From: an uncultured Kiritimatiellota bacterium
Lineage (GTDB): Bacteria > Verrucomicrobiota > Kiritimatiellia > RFP12 > DVOR01
DNA: 64,000 nucleotides
NCBI GenBank assembly: GCA_944389565.1
Contig: CALXMV010000002.1
Span: 49,309 to 113,308 of the forward strand
Direction of reading: 5' to 3'
In this document: in pieces, positions 16,858 through 25,754 of the stretch
How the letters are laid out: every line of letters starts with the position of its first letter
Numbering within the stretch: position 1 is the first letter of the stretch
Made by a program: the position numbers and the translations under genes
The notes under the pieces: model-generated
Told to the model about the DNA's origin: nothing
Database searches by the model: none
The model's input: only the letters and a program-made list of their open reading frames with translations

Positions 16858-18036
16858 ATGAGGAAGGAGGGTTTCGTGATGTTGCGGGCGTGTGTGTGGC
16901 TGATCGGGGCATTGGCCTTCGGGTTGGCGGTATTCGGGGTGTTGGTGATCTCCTACGCGGGAAAGGCGCAGGCTCAGGTGGGGGATCCGTACCATTTCGT
17001 GACGATGCAGGCGATGTTCCTGGCGATGGGGGTGGTGGCGGCGTTCGTGCTGTACAACCTCGATTATTCCCTTTACCGGCGCAAGGACGTGCTGTGGTTG
17101 CTGGCGGTCGGGATGGTGGTGCTTTTGGCGTTGGTGCTGGTGCCGGGGATTGGGAAGTCGGTGAAGGGGGCGCATCGCTGGATCGGGCTCGGACCGATCA
17201 ATCTGCAGCCGGTGGAGTTCGTGAAGCTCGGGATGGTGGTCTTCGTGTCGGGATATCTGGGGCGCCTGGGGGCGGTGGCGGCGCGGGGCTGGAAGCGTTG
17301 GAAACGGGTGCGGACCTTCGGGTTCCCGCTGCTCGGGCTGGGGGGGCCGTTGGCGTTGCTGGCTTTGGTGTGCGGGGCGTTAGTGCTCCAGCCGGACTAC
17401 GGGGGGACGGCGATCGTGATCGGGCTGTGGGCGATTTTGCTCCTGGCGGGCGGCGTGCCGTTCCGGTGGGTCGCGCTGTGCGGGGTCGTGGGACTGATCG
17501 TCGTGGCGGCCTTCGTGCTGAGCAACCCCAACCGCTTGGCGCGTCTGCGCAACGAGGGCGACGGCGACAACTACCAGACCCTCCAGGCGGAGATCGCCTT
17601 CCGCAACGGCGGCCTCACCGGCGTGGGGCTCGGCCGCGGGATGCAGAAGGAGCATTACCTGCCCGAGTGCCACACCGACTTCATCTACGCGGTCATCGCC
17701 GAGGACTTCGGCCTCGTGGCCACCGGCGCCATCTGGCTCGCCTTCATCGTCATCCTCGGCGCGGGCACGGTCATCGCCTTCCGCGCGCCGGACAAACAGG
17801 GGACGCTCCTGGCGATCGGCGCCACGCTCTATATCTGCGCGCAGGGCGCCGCCAACATGGCCGTCGTCACCCACGTCCTCCCCACCAAGGGGCTCGCCCT
17901 CCCCTTCCTCTCCTACGGCGGTTCCTGCCTCATCGCCACCTTCGCCGCCGTGGGCGTCCTCACCGGCGTGGGCAGGCAGGCCATCGAGGCCGAGGAGACG
18001 CCGCTCCCGCAGGGCCAACGCATCGTTTCCCTCTGA
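16858..18036 (+). CDS. SEDS-family peptidoglycan glycosyltransferase (FtsW/RodA/SpoVE)
   Basis: Polytopic membrane protein with family-typical motifs (…TDFIYAVIAEDFGL…, …PTKGLALPFLSYGGS…). Confidence 0.85.
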   Translation: MRKEGFVMLRACVWLIGALAFGLAVFGVLVISYAGKAQAQVGDPYHFVTMQAMFLAMGVVAAFVLYNLDYSLYRRKDVLWLLAVGMVVLLALVLVPGIGKSVKGAHRWIGLGPINLQPVEFVKLGMVVFVSGYLGRLGAVAARGWKRWKRVRTFGFPLLGLGGPLALLALVCGALVLQPDYGGTAIVIGLWAILLLAGGVPFRWVALCGVVGLIVVAAFVLSNPNRLARLRNEGDGDNYQTLQAEIAFRNGGLTGVGLGRGMQKEHYLPECHTDFIYAVIAEDFGLVATGAIWLAFIVILGAGTVIAFRAPDKQGTLLAIGATLYICAQGAANMAVVTHVLPTKGLALPFLSYGGSCLIATFAAVGVLTGVGRQAIEAEETPLPQGQRIVSL

Positions 18037-18044
18037 TCCCGCCC

Positions 18045-18677
18045 ATGGACACGCCACGCCCCCTCATCGTCTGGGACTTCAACGGCACGCTGCTCGACGA
18101 CCTGCGCGCCTGTCTCGACGCGCTCAACTCCTTCCTCCGCGTCCGTCACCTCCCCACCCTCTCGCGCGAGGCCTACCGCACGCGCTTCACCTTTCCCGTC
18201 GCGGCGTTCTACCACGACCTGGGGATGGACTTTCCCGATCCCTTCGACTGGGAATCCTTGGGCGAGAGTTTCCATATGCGTTACCTTTTCTCCCCGCACC
18301 TCGCCCTCCAGCCCGGCGCGCGCGAGGCCCTCACCGCCTTCCGCGCCGCCGGTCTACGCCAAGGCGTCCTCTCCGCCCTCGAACAGGGGCTCCTCGAGGC
18401 GCAACTCCGCCAATTCGGCATCGATGGCTTCATGGACTTCATCTGCGGCTCGCGCAACTACGAGGGTGCCTCCAAGGAGGCCGCCGCGCGGGCGCTCGCC
18501 CTCCAGGGCCCCGTCCTCCTCGTCGGCGACACCCTCCACGACGCCGAGGTGGCCCGCTCCCAAGGCTGGGACTGCATCCTCTGCGCCGCCGGCCACCAGA
18601 CCGCCGAACGCCTCGCCACCACCGGCTTTCCCGTCATCCCCTCCCTCCGCGACCTCCCCGGCAAAGTCCTCGCCTGA
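18045..18677 (+). CDS. HAD-superfamily hydrolase (phosphoglycolate-phosphatase-like)
   Basis: Motif I is VWDFNGTLLDD. Typical HAD length and a C-terminal GDTxxD motif. Confidence 0.7.
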   Translation: MDTPRPLIVWDFNGTLLDDLRACLDALNSFLRVRHLPTLSREAYRTRFTFPVAAFYHDLGMDFPDPFDWESLGESFHMRYLFSPHLALQPGAREALTAFRAAGLRQGVLSALEQGLLEAQLRQFGIDGFMDFICGSRNYEGASKEAAARALALQGPVLLVGDTLHDAEVARSQGWDCILCAAGHQTAERLATTGFPVIPSLRDLPGKVLA

Positions 18678-18766
18678 CGTTTTTTTCACGGAAACGAAAC
18701 ATTTTCCTTGACTACCCCCCCCCTAGTTGCTATTCTGTTGCCAACTCTTTATGAGGAATTGACGAC

Positions 18767-19432
18767 ATGAAGCACCTACTCACCATCGCCTTTGCCGCGT
18801 GCCTCGGCGCCGTGGCCCAAGCCGCCGCCTATGGATGGTCCTCCTGGGCCACCACGACAGCCCCCGCCAACGAGAGCGGTTCCAGCTCCTATATCTTCTC
18901 CCTCAGCAACGTGACGCAGACGGGCACGTCCATCGGTGCCTCCTCCGCCGGCACCTTCGCTGCCGGAAGCTACGCCCTCAACAGCCTCTCCGTCATCATC
19001 ACCTCCGCCGGCGGATGGAAATCGACCGAGGCCAAGGCCATCGGCGCCGTGCTCGTGAAGGATGGCGCGGTCGTCGCCGTCTCCAACGCCACAAGCTACC
19101 AATTCGATGCCAGCAATGGCGGCACGGGCAACGAATACTTCCCCGGGCAACCCTCCAAGGGCTACGTCACCTTCGACTTCGCCGACACCATCGTCGACGC
19201 GGAAGAGGATTACCGCGTCTACTTCGTGAACGGCACCGACCTCACCGATTCCATCACGGTGGGCTCCAATGAAGCGGACCTTGCCGATTCGCTCTACGCG
19301 TACGACGGGGCGGATTTCTGCTCGGACGGCTCGGGCAACCTGACCTTCCGCGCGGAGGTGCCCGAACCGACGGCCCTGGCGCTCCTCGCCCTCGGCGTGG
19401 CCGGCTTGGCCCTCCGCCGCCGCGCGGCCTGA
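18767..19432 (+). CDS. PEP-CTERM-anchored secreted protein
   Basis: N-terminal signal peptide. The C-terminus VPEPTALALLALGVAGLALRRRAA is a PEP motif followed by a TM helix and an Arg cluster. Confidence 0.8.
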   Translation: MKHLLTIAFAACLGAVAQAAAYGWSSWATTTAPANESGSSSYIFSLSNVTQTGTSIGASSAGTFAAGSYALNSLSVIITSAGGWKSTEAKAIGAVLVKDGAVVAVSNATSYQFDASNGGTGNEYFPGQPSKGYVTFDFADTIVDAEEDYRVYFVNGTDLTDSITVGSNEADLADSLYAYDGADFCSDGSGNLTFRAEVPEPTALALLALGVAGLALRRRAA

Positions 19433-19460
19433 AGCCCCGCGCCTGACCGACCGCACTCAC

Positions 19461-19498
19461 AAAAAAGGCCCGCGCCGAATCCGGCGCGGGCTTTTTTG
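19461..19498. terminator. Bidirectional rho-independent terminator (GCCCGCGCCG-aatc-CGGCGCGGGC stem flanked by A- and T-runs)
   Basis: Seen in sequence between convergent genes. Confidence 0.65.
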
Positions 19499-19517
19499 TG
19501 TCCTCCCACAAAGCGGC

Positions 19518-20462
19518 TCAGGCGAGGGGGCAACGGACGGCGCGGGCACCGTGCTCGCGGAGTTCCGGGACGGCTTCGGCGCAGGCGTGGACGGCTCGTG
19601 GGCAACGGGGCGCGAAGGCGCATCCGGGCGGGAAGCGGTCGGGCGGCGGCACGGTGCCGGGGATGTCGCGGAGGCGGGGTTTGTCGAGGCGGAGGGAAGG
19701 GACGGCCGCAAGGAGCCCCTGGGTGTAGGGATGGGCCGGTGCGGCGAGGACGTCGCGGACGGGGCCGCTCTCGACGATACGCCCGGCGTACATGACGTAG
19801 AGCCGCTCCATATAGTTGGCGACGATGCCGAGATTGTGCGTGATGAGCAGGAGTGCCATGCCATGTTTGCGCACCAGACCATCCATCACGCCAAGGATGC
19901 GGCGCTGGGTGGTGACGTCAAGCGCGGTGGTCGGCTCGTCGGCGATGAGGAGGGCTGGCTCGGCGGCGAGGGCCATCGCGAGCATGACGCGCTGGCATTG
20001 GCCGCCGGAGAGTTCGCAGGGGAAGGAATCGGCCGCGCGCGCGGGGTCGGGCAGCCCCACGTCGTCAAGCAGGGCGAGGATGCGGGCGCGGCGGGCGGCG
20101 CGCTCCATGCGCGGGAGAGCCTCGGCGATCTGGTCGCGCACGCGGATGACGGGGTTCAGGCTGGCCATCGGGTCCTGGAAGACGTAGGCGATGCCGTGGC
20201 GGCGGGTCTCGGCAAGGGCGGCGCGGTCGAAGAGGTCGCGCCCGCGGAAGCGGATTTCGCCGCGGCGGAGGGCACGGTCGGTCGGCGGGAGCGCGGTGAC
20301 GCTGAGGGCGGTGATGGATTTGCCGCAACCGCTCTCGCCGACGAGCGCGACGCGTTCGCCGGCACCGACGCGGAGGCTGACGCCGGGGACGGGCGTGACC
20401 TCGCCGGCGGGCGTGCGGAAGGTGACGCTGAGGTCACGGATGGTAAGCAGGTCGTTTCCCAT
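19518..20462 (-). CDS. ABC transporter ATP-binding protein, oligopeptide/dipeptide (DppF/OppF) type
   Basis: Walker A GESGCGKS, signature LSGGQCQR, Walker B LLIADEPT. C-terminal Cys-containing oligopeptide-ABC extension. Confidence 0.8.
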   Translation of the reverse strand: MGNDLLTIRDLSVTFRTPAGEVTPVPGVSLRVGAGERVALVGESGCGKSITALSVTALPPTDRALRRGEIRFRGRDLFDRAALAETRRHGIAYVFQDPMASLNPVIRVRDQIAEALPRMERAARRARILALLDDVGLPDPARAADSFPCELSGGQCQRVMLAMALAAEPALLIADEPTTALDVTTQRRILGVMDGLVRKHGMALLLITHNLGIVANYMERLYVMYAGRIVESGPVRDVLAAPAHPYTQGLLAAVPSLRLDKPRLRDIPGTVPPPDRFPPGCAFAPRCPRAVHACAEAVPELREHGARAVRCPLA

Positions 20463-20463
20463 G

Positions 20464-21849
20464 TCAGACGGTGAGATCGAGGTGTTCGAGGTCGGTGAGC
20501 GCCTTGTTGTCCTCCGGGGTGGCGCCGCGGCGGTTGCGGGCGAAGGGGACATGCCCCTTGAGGATGAAGAGCCGCACGAGCGGCGGGAAGGGGATGGCCG
20601 TGCAGAGGGAGAGGACGACGATGGCGTTGAAGAAGACCTTGTCGAGGATGCCGAGGTTGGTGGCGATGAGCGCGGCGGCGACGGTGGCCGAGAGCTGCGG
20701 CACCGTCATCATGCCGGCGCACAGGCTCTGGCGGTCGGTGAAGCCGGTGGCGCGCAGGGCGAGGTAGCCGCTGAGCACCTTGCTGGCGATCAGGCCCACG
20801 ACGGTCGCGCCGGCGATGAGCCAGCCGCGCACGGGGTCGACGCCCTCGCCCATGCCCAGGAAGGTCTTGAGGTCGGCCTGGAAGCCGAAGCACAGGAAGA
20901 GGAAGGGGATGACGAGGCCGAAACCGATGGCCTCGAGTTTCGCGTGCACGCCGTCGGAGGGGTTTCGGAAGCCAGGCGTGCGGGCGACGGCGATGCCGGT
21001 GACGAAGGCGCTGACGATGAGGTTGATGCCCAGCAACTCGCCGAAGAGCACCATCAGCAGGACGACCAGCACGAAGAAGGTCGGTTTCGTCTCGTCGGCA
21101 TGGGGCACCACACGCTCGACCACGTGCCACAGCCACGGCACCACGAACATGACGGCGCCTAGGAAGAGGACGATCACCCCCAGGAAACAAGGCGTGAACC
21201 AGGCGCCCAGCCAGGACAGGTCGAAACGGTCGAGCACGGAGATGCTGGCCGGCGCGAGCTGCGGCGCCTGGCCGCCCATCGCGTGCAGCTGCAGGCAGAC
21301 GGCCAGCGTCACCAACGACAGGATATCCGTCACGATCGTGGCCGAGAGCACCGTCACGCCGAAACGCGACTTCATGAGCCCCATCTCACGGAGCACGGGG
21401 AAGACGATCCCCACGTCGTGCGAGGCGAAGAGCGAGGCATAGACCACCGCCGGCACCACCCACGCGCTCCCCGGATCGGCGAAGAGCCAGTAGACGAAAA
21501 AGCCGGCCACGGAGGGCAGGAGGAAGGTCGCCGCCGAAAGCGTGACGACCGCCTTGCGCTCGTTGGCCAAGAGCCGCAGGTTCGTCTCCACCCCCGCCAA
21601 CGCCATCAGAAAGACCAATCCCAGAAAGCCCAGCGCGTCCACCACCTGGTAAAGCGCCGGCCCATCGATCCGCGACCCGACCGCCGCGCCCAGCCACCCA
21701 AGCACGTCGAGCCCGTTGGGCCCGATCACGATGCCCGTGACCATCAGCGCCACCACGGAGGGCACATGGAACCGGCGGGAGACCGCCGGCACCAACGCGA
21801 TCAGCGCAATCAAGACCAGAAAAGCGATGAGATACGTGACCTGTTCCAT
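20464..21849 (-). CDS. Cation:proton antiporter (CPA1/CPA2 Na+/H+ exchanger family)
   Basis: Roughly 12 TM helices. Sodium/hydrogen-exchanger-like sequence. Confidence 0.7.
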   Translation of the reverse strand: MEQVTYLIAFLVLIALIALVPAVSRRFHVPSVVALMVTGIVIGPNGLDVLGWLGAAVGSRIDGPALYQVVDALGFLGLVFLMALAGVETNLRLLANERKAVVTLSAATFLLPSVAGFFVYWLFADPGSAWVVPAVVYASLFASHDVGIVFPVLREMGLMKSRFGVTVLSATIVTDILSLVTLAVCLQLHAMGGQAPQLAPASISVLDRFDLSWLGAWFTPCFLGVIVLFLGAVMFVVPWLWHVVERVVPHADETKPTFFVLVVLLMVLFGELLGINLIVSAFVTGIAVARTPGFRNPSDGVHAKLEAIGFGLVIPFLFLCFGFQADLKTFLGMGEGVDPVRGWLIAGATVVGLIASKVLSGYLALRATGFTDRQSLCAGMMTVPQLSATVAAALIATNLGILDKVFFNAIVVLSLCTAIPFPPLVRLFILKGHVPFARNRRGATPEDNKALTDLEHLDLTV

Positions 21850-21930
21850 AGGTTGGCAAGTTTAGCAAAAAAAAGGGCGCGCGGGGAGAAAAACCCGCGC
21901 GCCAGGGAAAAACCGCCCAAGGCAAGGCCA

Positions 21931-22968
21931 TCAGGCGAAATGGAGGATCAGACCGCAGGCGACGACCCACAGCACGATCGTGCCGACCATGCACGGGTCG
22001 CGCAGGAAAACCGCCTCCGGCTCGCCGGCGCGTTGCTCGCCGTAAGTCAGGCGCAGATGGCGGAAGACCCCGAGCACCACCAGCGGTACCGTCCACACGA
22101 GCCGATCCGTACCGAAATGCGCGATCGTCTCCGTGGCCAGGGTGTACAGCGTGTAGCAGGAGACGGTGGCCGCGGCGCACAGGCCGACCTCCAGATCCAG
22201 GATCCGCCCCTCGGCGACGCTCGGCTGGCGCGCGCCCTTGGCGAAATGCCGGGCCCGCCGCTTGCAGAGCGCGACGAAGAGCGCCACCAGGAAGACGCAC
22301 ACCAAGAGCCACGGCGAGAGCCGCACCCCCAGCGCCAAGGCGCCGGCGGCCGCGCGCAGGCCGAAACCCGCCGCCACCAGCATCGCCCCGACCTCGGCCA
22401 CGCGCCGCGCCGCGAAGGTGTAGAGCGGCTGGATCAGCAGATAGGCCAGCGCCACCCAGAAGAAGGGCGCCCCGGACGCACCGCCACGGGCGCCCACCAG
22501 CCATGCGGCGCCGAGCCCGGCCGCCGCGCACACCACGCCAAGCGTCACGGCGGCCGCCGGCGAGACACGCCGCGCCGCGACCGGGCGCAGACGGCGCTGG
22601 GGGTCGGCGGCGTCGAGGCGGGCGTCCGCCACATCGTTCAGCGCGTACGCGGCGCCGGAGAGGAGGACGAAGGCGGCGAGCGCCCATCCGAGGCGCACCT
22701 GGATTTCCACGGCGCCCAGCGCCGCGAGGCTCTGCCCTTGGTCGAAACAGGCGAAGAAAGGTGCGGCCAGCAGGATCAGGTTCTTGGCCCACTGCGCGGG
22801 GCGCAGGCAGCGAAGGAGGTCGAGCGGGCGGTTGCCGTAGAGGCCTTCGAGGCCGTGATGGTCCGACCAGTCGGCGCTTTCGCCGAAGGTGCGGCTGACG
22901 CCCTTCCGGGGGCGGGCGGCGCGATGGGCGGGCCTGCCCCGGCCGTTGTTTCGGGTGTTCTCGGCCAT
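21931..22968 (-). CDS. UbiA-family prenyltransferase
   Basis: Polytopic membrane protein with an Asp-rich ALNDVAD motif. Confidence 0.7.
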   Translation of the reverse strand: MAENTRNNGRGRPAHRAARPRKGVSRTFGESADWSDHHGLEGLYGNRPLDLLRCLRPAQWAKNLILLAAPFFACFDQGQSLAALGAVEIQVRLGWALAAFVLLSGAAYALNDVADARLDAADPQRRLRPVAARRVSPAAAVTLGVVCAAAGLGAAWLVGARGGASGAPFFWVALAYLLIQPLYTFAARRVAEVGAMLVAAGFGLRAAAGALALGVRLSPWLLVCVFLVALFVALCKRRARHFAKGARQPSVAEGRILDLEVGLCAAATVSCYTLYTLATETIAHFGTDRLVWTVPLVVLGVFRHLRLTYGEQRAGEPEAVFLRDPCMVGTIVLWVVACGLILHFA

Positions 22969-22971
22969 CGG

Positions 22972-24615
22972 TCAGTTCTCCTTGATGCTCATGAGGAACT
23001 CGGCGTTGGAGCCGGTGAGGCGCATCCGCTTGAGCAGCACGTCCATCGCCTCGCTGGGGCCCACGGGGGTGAGCGCCTTGCGCAGGGCCCACACGCGGCT
23101 CAGCTCGTCGGGGTGGAGGAGGAGGTCCTCGCGGCGGGTACCGGATTGCTCGATGTTGATGGCCGGGAAGATGCGCCGGTCGGAGAGGCCGCGGTCAAGA
23201 CGGAGTTCCATGTTGCCCGTGCCCTTGAACTCCTCGAAGATCACGTCGTCCATCTTGCTGCCGGTCTCGATGAGGGCGGTGGCCAGGATGGTGAGCGACC
23301 CGCCGAACTCGATGTTGCGCGCCGCGCCGAAGAAACGTTTCGGCTTGTGCATCGCGTTCGCGTCCAAGCCGCCGGAGAGGATTTTGCCCGAATGCGGGGC
23401 GGCGGTGTTGTAGGCGCGCGCCAGGCGCGTGATGGAATCGAGCAGGATCACCACGTCCTTGCCGCTCTCCACCTTGCGTTTGGCCACCTCGATGACCATC
23501 TCGGAGACGGCGCAGTGGCGCTGGGGCTCCTCGTCGAAAGTGGAGGCGAAGACCTGCGCCTTGGTGTTGCGCTGCATATCCGTCACCTCCTCGGGGCGTT
23601 CGTCGATGAGCAGGATCATCAGCTCCACGTCCGGGTAATTCGCGCTGATGGCGTTGGCGATTTTCTGCAGGAGCACCGTCTTGCCCGTGCGCGGCGGCGC
23701 CACGATGAGGCCACGCTGGCCGAAGCCCACCGGCGTGAAGAGATCCATCACCCGCGTGGCGAGCTCCGTCTTCGCCGTCTCCAGCAGGATCCGCCGGTCG
23801 GGAAAGATCGGCGTGAGATACTCGAAATGCGCGATCCGCTTCGCCTGCTCCACGGGCAGGCCGTTGATCGAGAGCACGTTCGCCAGGGCGAAGAAACGGT
23901 CCTTGTCGCGCGGCTCGCGCAAGGGCCCCTCCACCAGATCGCCCGTGCGCAGGCCATGGCGCCGCACCTGCTGCTGGCTCACGAAGACGTCCTCCGGGCA
24001 CTGCAGGTAGTTGTTCGCCGCCGAGCGCAGGAACCCCGATCCGTCGTTCACCGTCTCCAACGTCCCCGTCGCGATCACCGTGCCCCGCCGCCGCAGCCAT
24101 GTGCGGATCAGCTCCATGATCACCTCGTGGCGGCGCAGATTGATGGCGTCCTCCGCGCGCTCCGGCGGCAACATCCCCACCAGCTCCTCGAAGGGCACCC
24201 CCTCCAATTCCTTCAGGCGCAGCGGCGGCGTCTCCGGCGGCAGGGGCTCATACTGCGGCTGCGGCGCCGCGGGCTGGGGCGCGGGCTGCCCCCCACCCCG
24301 CTGACGGTCGCGCCAACGCCCCTTCTTCCAGCGCCGCCCCTCCTGCCCCGCGCGGAACGCCTGCTCCGCGATGGGCTCCGCCCCCTCGGCGGAGGGTTCC
24401 GGCACGGCCTCGGCCGGCCGCTCCGCGACCGCCGCCACAGGCTCCTGCGCCTCCTCCCGCTCCGGCACGGGTTCCCGCTCCGGCACGGGCGCCACCGGCC
24501 GGGCCGCCCGCCCGCGGCCGCCGCCCGATCGCGGCCGCGCCACACGCCGCCCGCGAAACGCCGGTTGCTGACCTTGGTTCGTCATATCCTCTTCTGCCAT
24601 CGAAGCCTCACTCAT
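22972..24615 (-). CDS. rho: Transcription termination factor Rho. The likely Met is at 24615 and the catalytic core is preceded by a ~200-aa Arg/Gly/Pro-rich insertion.
   Basis: Motifs FGQRGLIVAPPRTGKT and the RecA-like core. The ORF-track frame extends to 24858. The start at 24615 (MSEASMAEED…) abuts the coaE stop. Confidence 0.85.
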   Translation of the reverse strand: MSEASMAEEDMTNQGQQPAFRGRRVARPRSGGGRGRAARPVAPVPEREPVPEREEAQEPVAAVAERPAEAVPEPSAEGAEPIAEQAFRAGQEGRRWKKGRWRDRQRGGGQPAPQPAAPQPQYEPLPPETPPLRLKELEGVPFEELVGMLPPERAEDAINLRRHEVIMELIRTWLRRRGTVIATGTLETVNDGSGFLRSAANNYLQCPEDVFVSQQQVRRHGLRTGDLVEGPLREPRDKDRFFALANVLSINGLPVEQAKRIAHFEYLTPIFPDRRILLETAKTELATRVMDLFTPVGFGQRGLIVAPPRTGKTVLLQKIANAISANYPDVELMILLIDERPEEVTDMQRNTKAQVFASTFDEEPQRHCAVSEMVIEVAKRKVESGKDVVILLDSITRLARAYNTAAPHSGKILSGGLDANAMHKPKRFFGAARNIEFGGSLTILATALIETGSKMDDVIFEEFKGTGNMELRLDRGLSDRRIFPAINIEQSGTRREDLLLHPDELSRVWALRKALTPVGPSEAMDVLLKRMRLTGSNAEFLMSIKEN

Positions 24616-25220
24616 TCCTGTGCCAGGCGGCGCCACCGCGCCACCAACCGCTCGACCTGCCGGCGCAACGCCGGCAGATCGTCCGAATCGTTGTCCAAAA
24701 CCCAATCCGCGCGCCGGGCCTTCTCCGCCGGCGGCATCTGCGCCGCCAGCCGCGCCCGCGCCTCGGCCATCGTCAGCCCCCGCGCCCCCATCAGCCGCCG
24801 CACCTGCGTCGCCTCCGAGGCCATCACGCACACCACCCCGCGCCACCCCAGATCCCATCCTTGCTCATACAGCGTCGCCGCCGAGAAGACCGCCAGCGCC
24901 TCCGCCGGCAAGCCGGCCAGCCACGCCTCCGCCTCCCGCCGCACCAAGGGCAGGACGATCCCCTCCAGCCGCGCCCGCGCGGCCGCGTCGCCGAAGGCCA
25001 ACGCGCCCAACGCCCGCCGATCCACCCCGCCATCCGCGCCCACCATCCCCGCGCCGAAGGCCGCCGCGATCGCCCCCACCGCCGCGCCGTCCGGTGCCTC
25101 CAAGGCCCGCACCACCGCGTCCGCGTCCAACACCGCGCACCCACACGCGCGGAAACACGCCTCCGCCGTGCTCTTGCCGCACGCGATCCCGCCCGTCAAA
25201 CCAAACACGCGCCTATGCAT
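24612..25220 (-). CDS. coaE: Dephospho-CoA kinase
   Basis: Start MHRRVFGLTGGIACGKST contains the P-loop. Its stop overlaps the rho start. Confidence 0.8.
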   Translation of the reverse strand: MHRRVFGLTGGIACGKSTAEACFRACGCAVLDADAVVRALEAPDGAAVGAIAAAFGAGMVGADGGVDRRALGALAFGDAAARARLEGIVLPLVRREAEAWLAGLPAEALAVFSAATLYEQGWDLGWRGVVCVMASEATQVRRLMGARGLTMAEARARLAAQMPPAEKARRADWVLDNDSDDLPALRRQVERLVARWRRLAQE

Positions 25221-25379
25221 CGTCGCGAAAACCGATATAAGGGAATGCCCATCCAAAAGGCAAAGACTGAAAATAAGGGGAAAACGCACCGCGCCACCTG
25301 CACGGCGAAACAATTGGCGCGCATTTTACCACAACCACTCCCCCCCGCGCAACGGGAAATCAAACCGGCGGCCGGCCGA

Positions 25380-25640
25380 TCGGAGAATTGGCCGACTCGG
25401 GAGGGTTTGGGGGCAGAGTCGGGCTGGGCCCACTAAGCCCACTAAGCCTGCTGGGCCTACTGGGAACGCCCCATGCGGGGCGACGGAGCGGCTCGGCGGG
25501 CGAGGATGGCGGCCTGCCCGGGCGTAGGCCACGCCCGTCGCGCCGTCAGGCGCGCCCAGTGGGCCCAGTCGTCCCAGTGGGCCCAGAAGGCCCATTCGGC
25601 ATCGCCGCCTCCCCAAGGGCGAAAATCGGGAGGGTTCGGG
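25380..25640. repeat. Repeat element copy C: shares the hairpin core and 9-bp periodic GGGCCCAGT/CACTAAGCC tracts with copies A and B, and is flanked by TCGGGAGGGTT(T/C)GGGGGC direct repeats
   Basis: Seen in sequence (core CGCCCCATGCGGGGCGACGG…GTCGCGCCGTCAGGCGCGCC). Confidence 0.5.
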
Positions 25641-25754
25641 GGCGGGCCTGAGCGCGTGCGGCGTGCGCACGGCAGGACACACCCCCGAAAAAACGTGCGC
25701 AAGGGACGGGCGGAATATGGTAAACTGGTGCCATCACCAGTTGGAGGAAGACCG

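Noticed and set aside
21283-25527. A 1,414-aa plus-strand ORF spanning the antiporter, UbiA, rho and coaE region
   Set aside because: It lies antisense to four well-supported minus-strand genes, has an Arg/His/Pro-rich junk composition, and is a GC-driven open frame.
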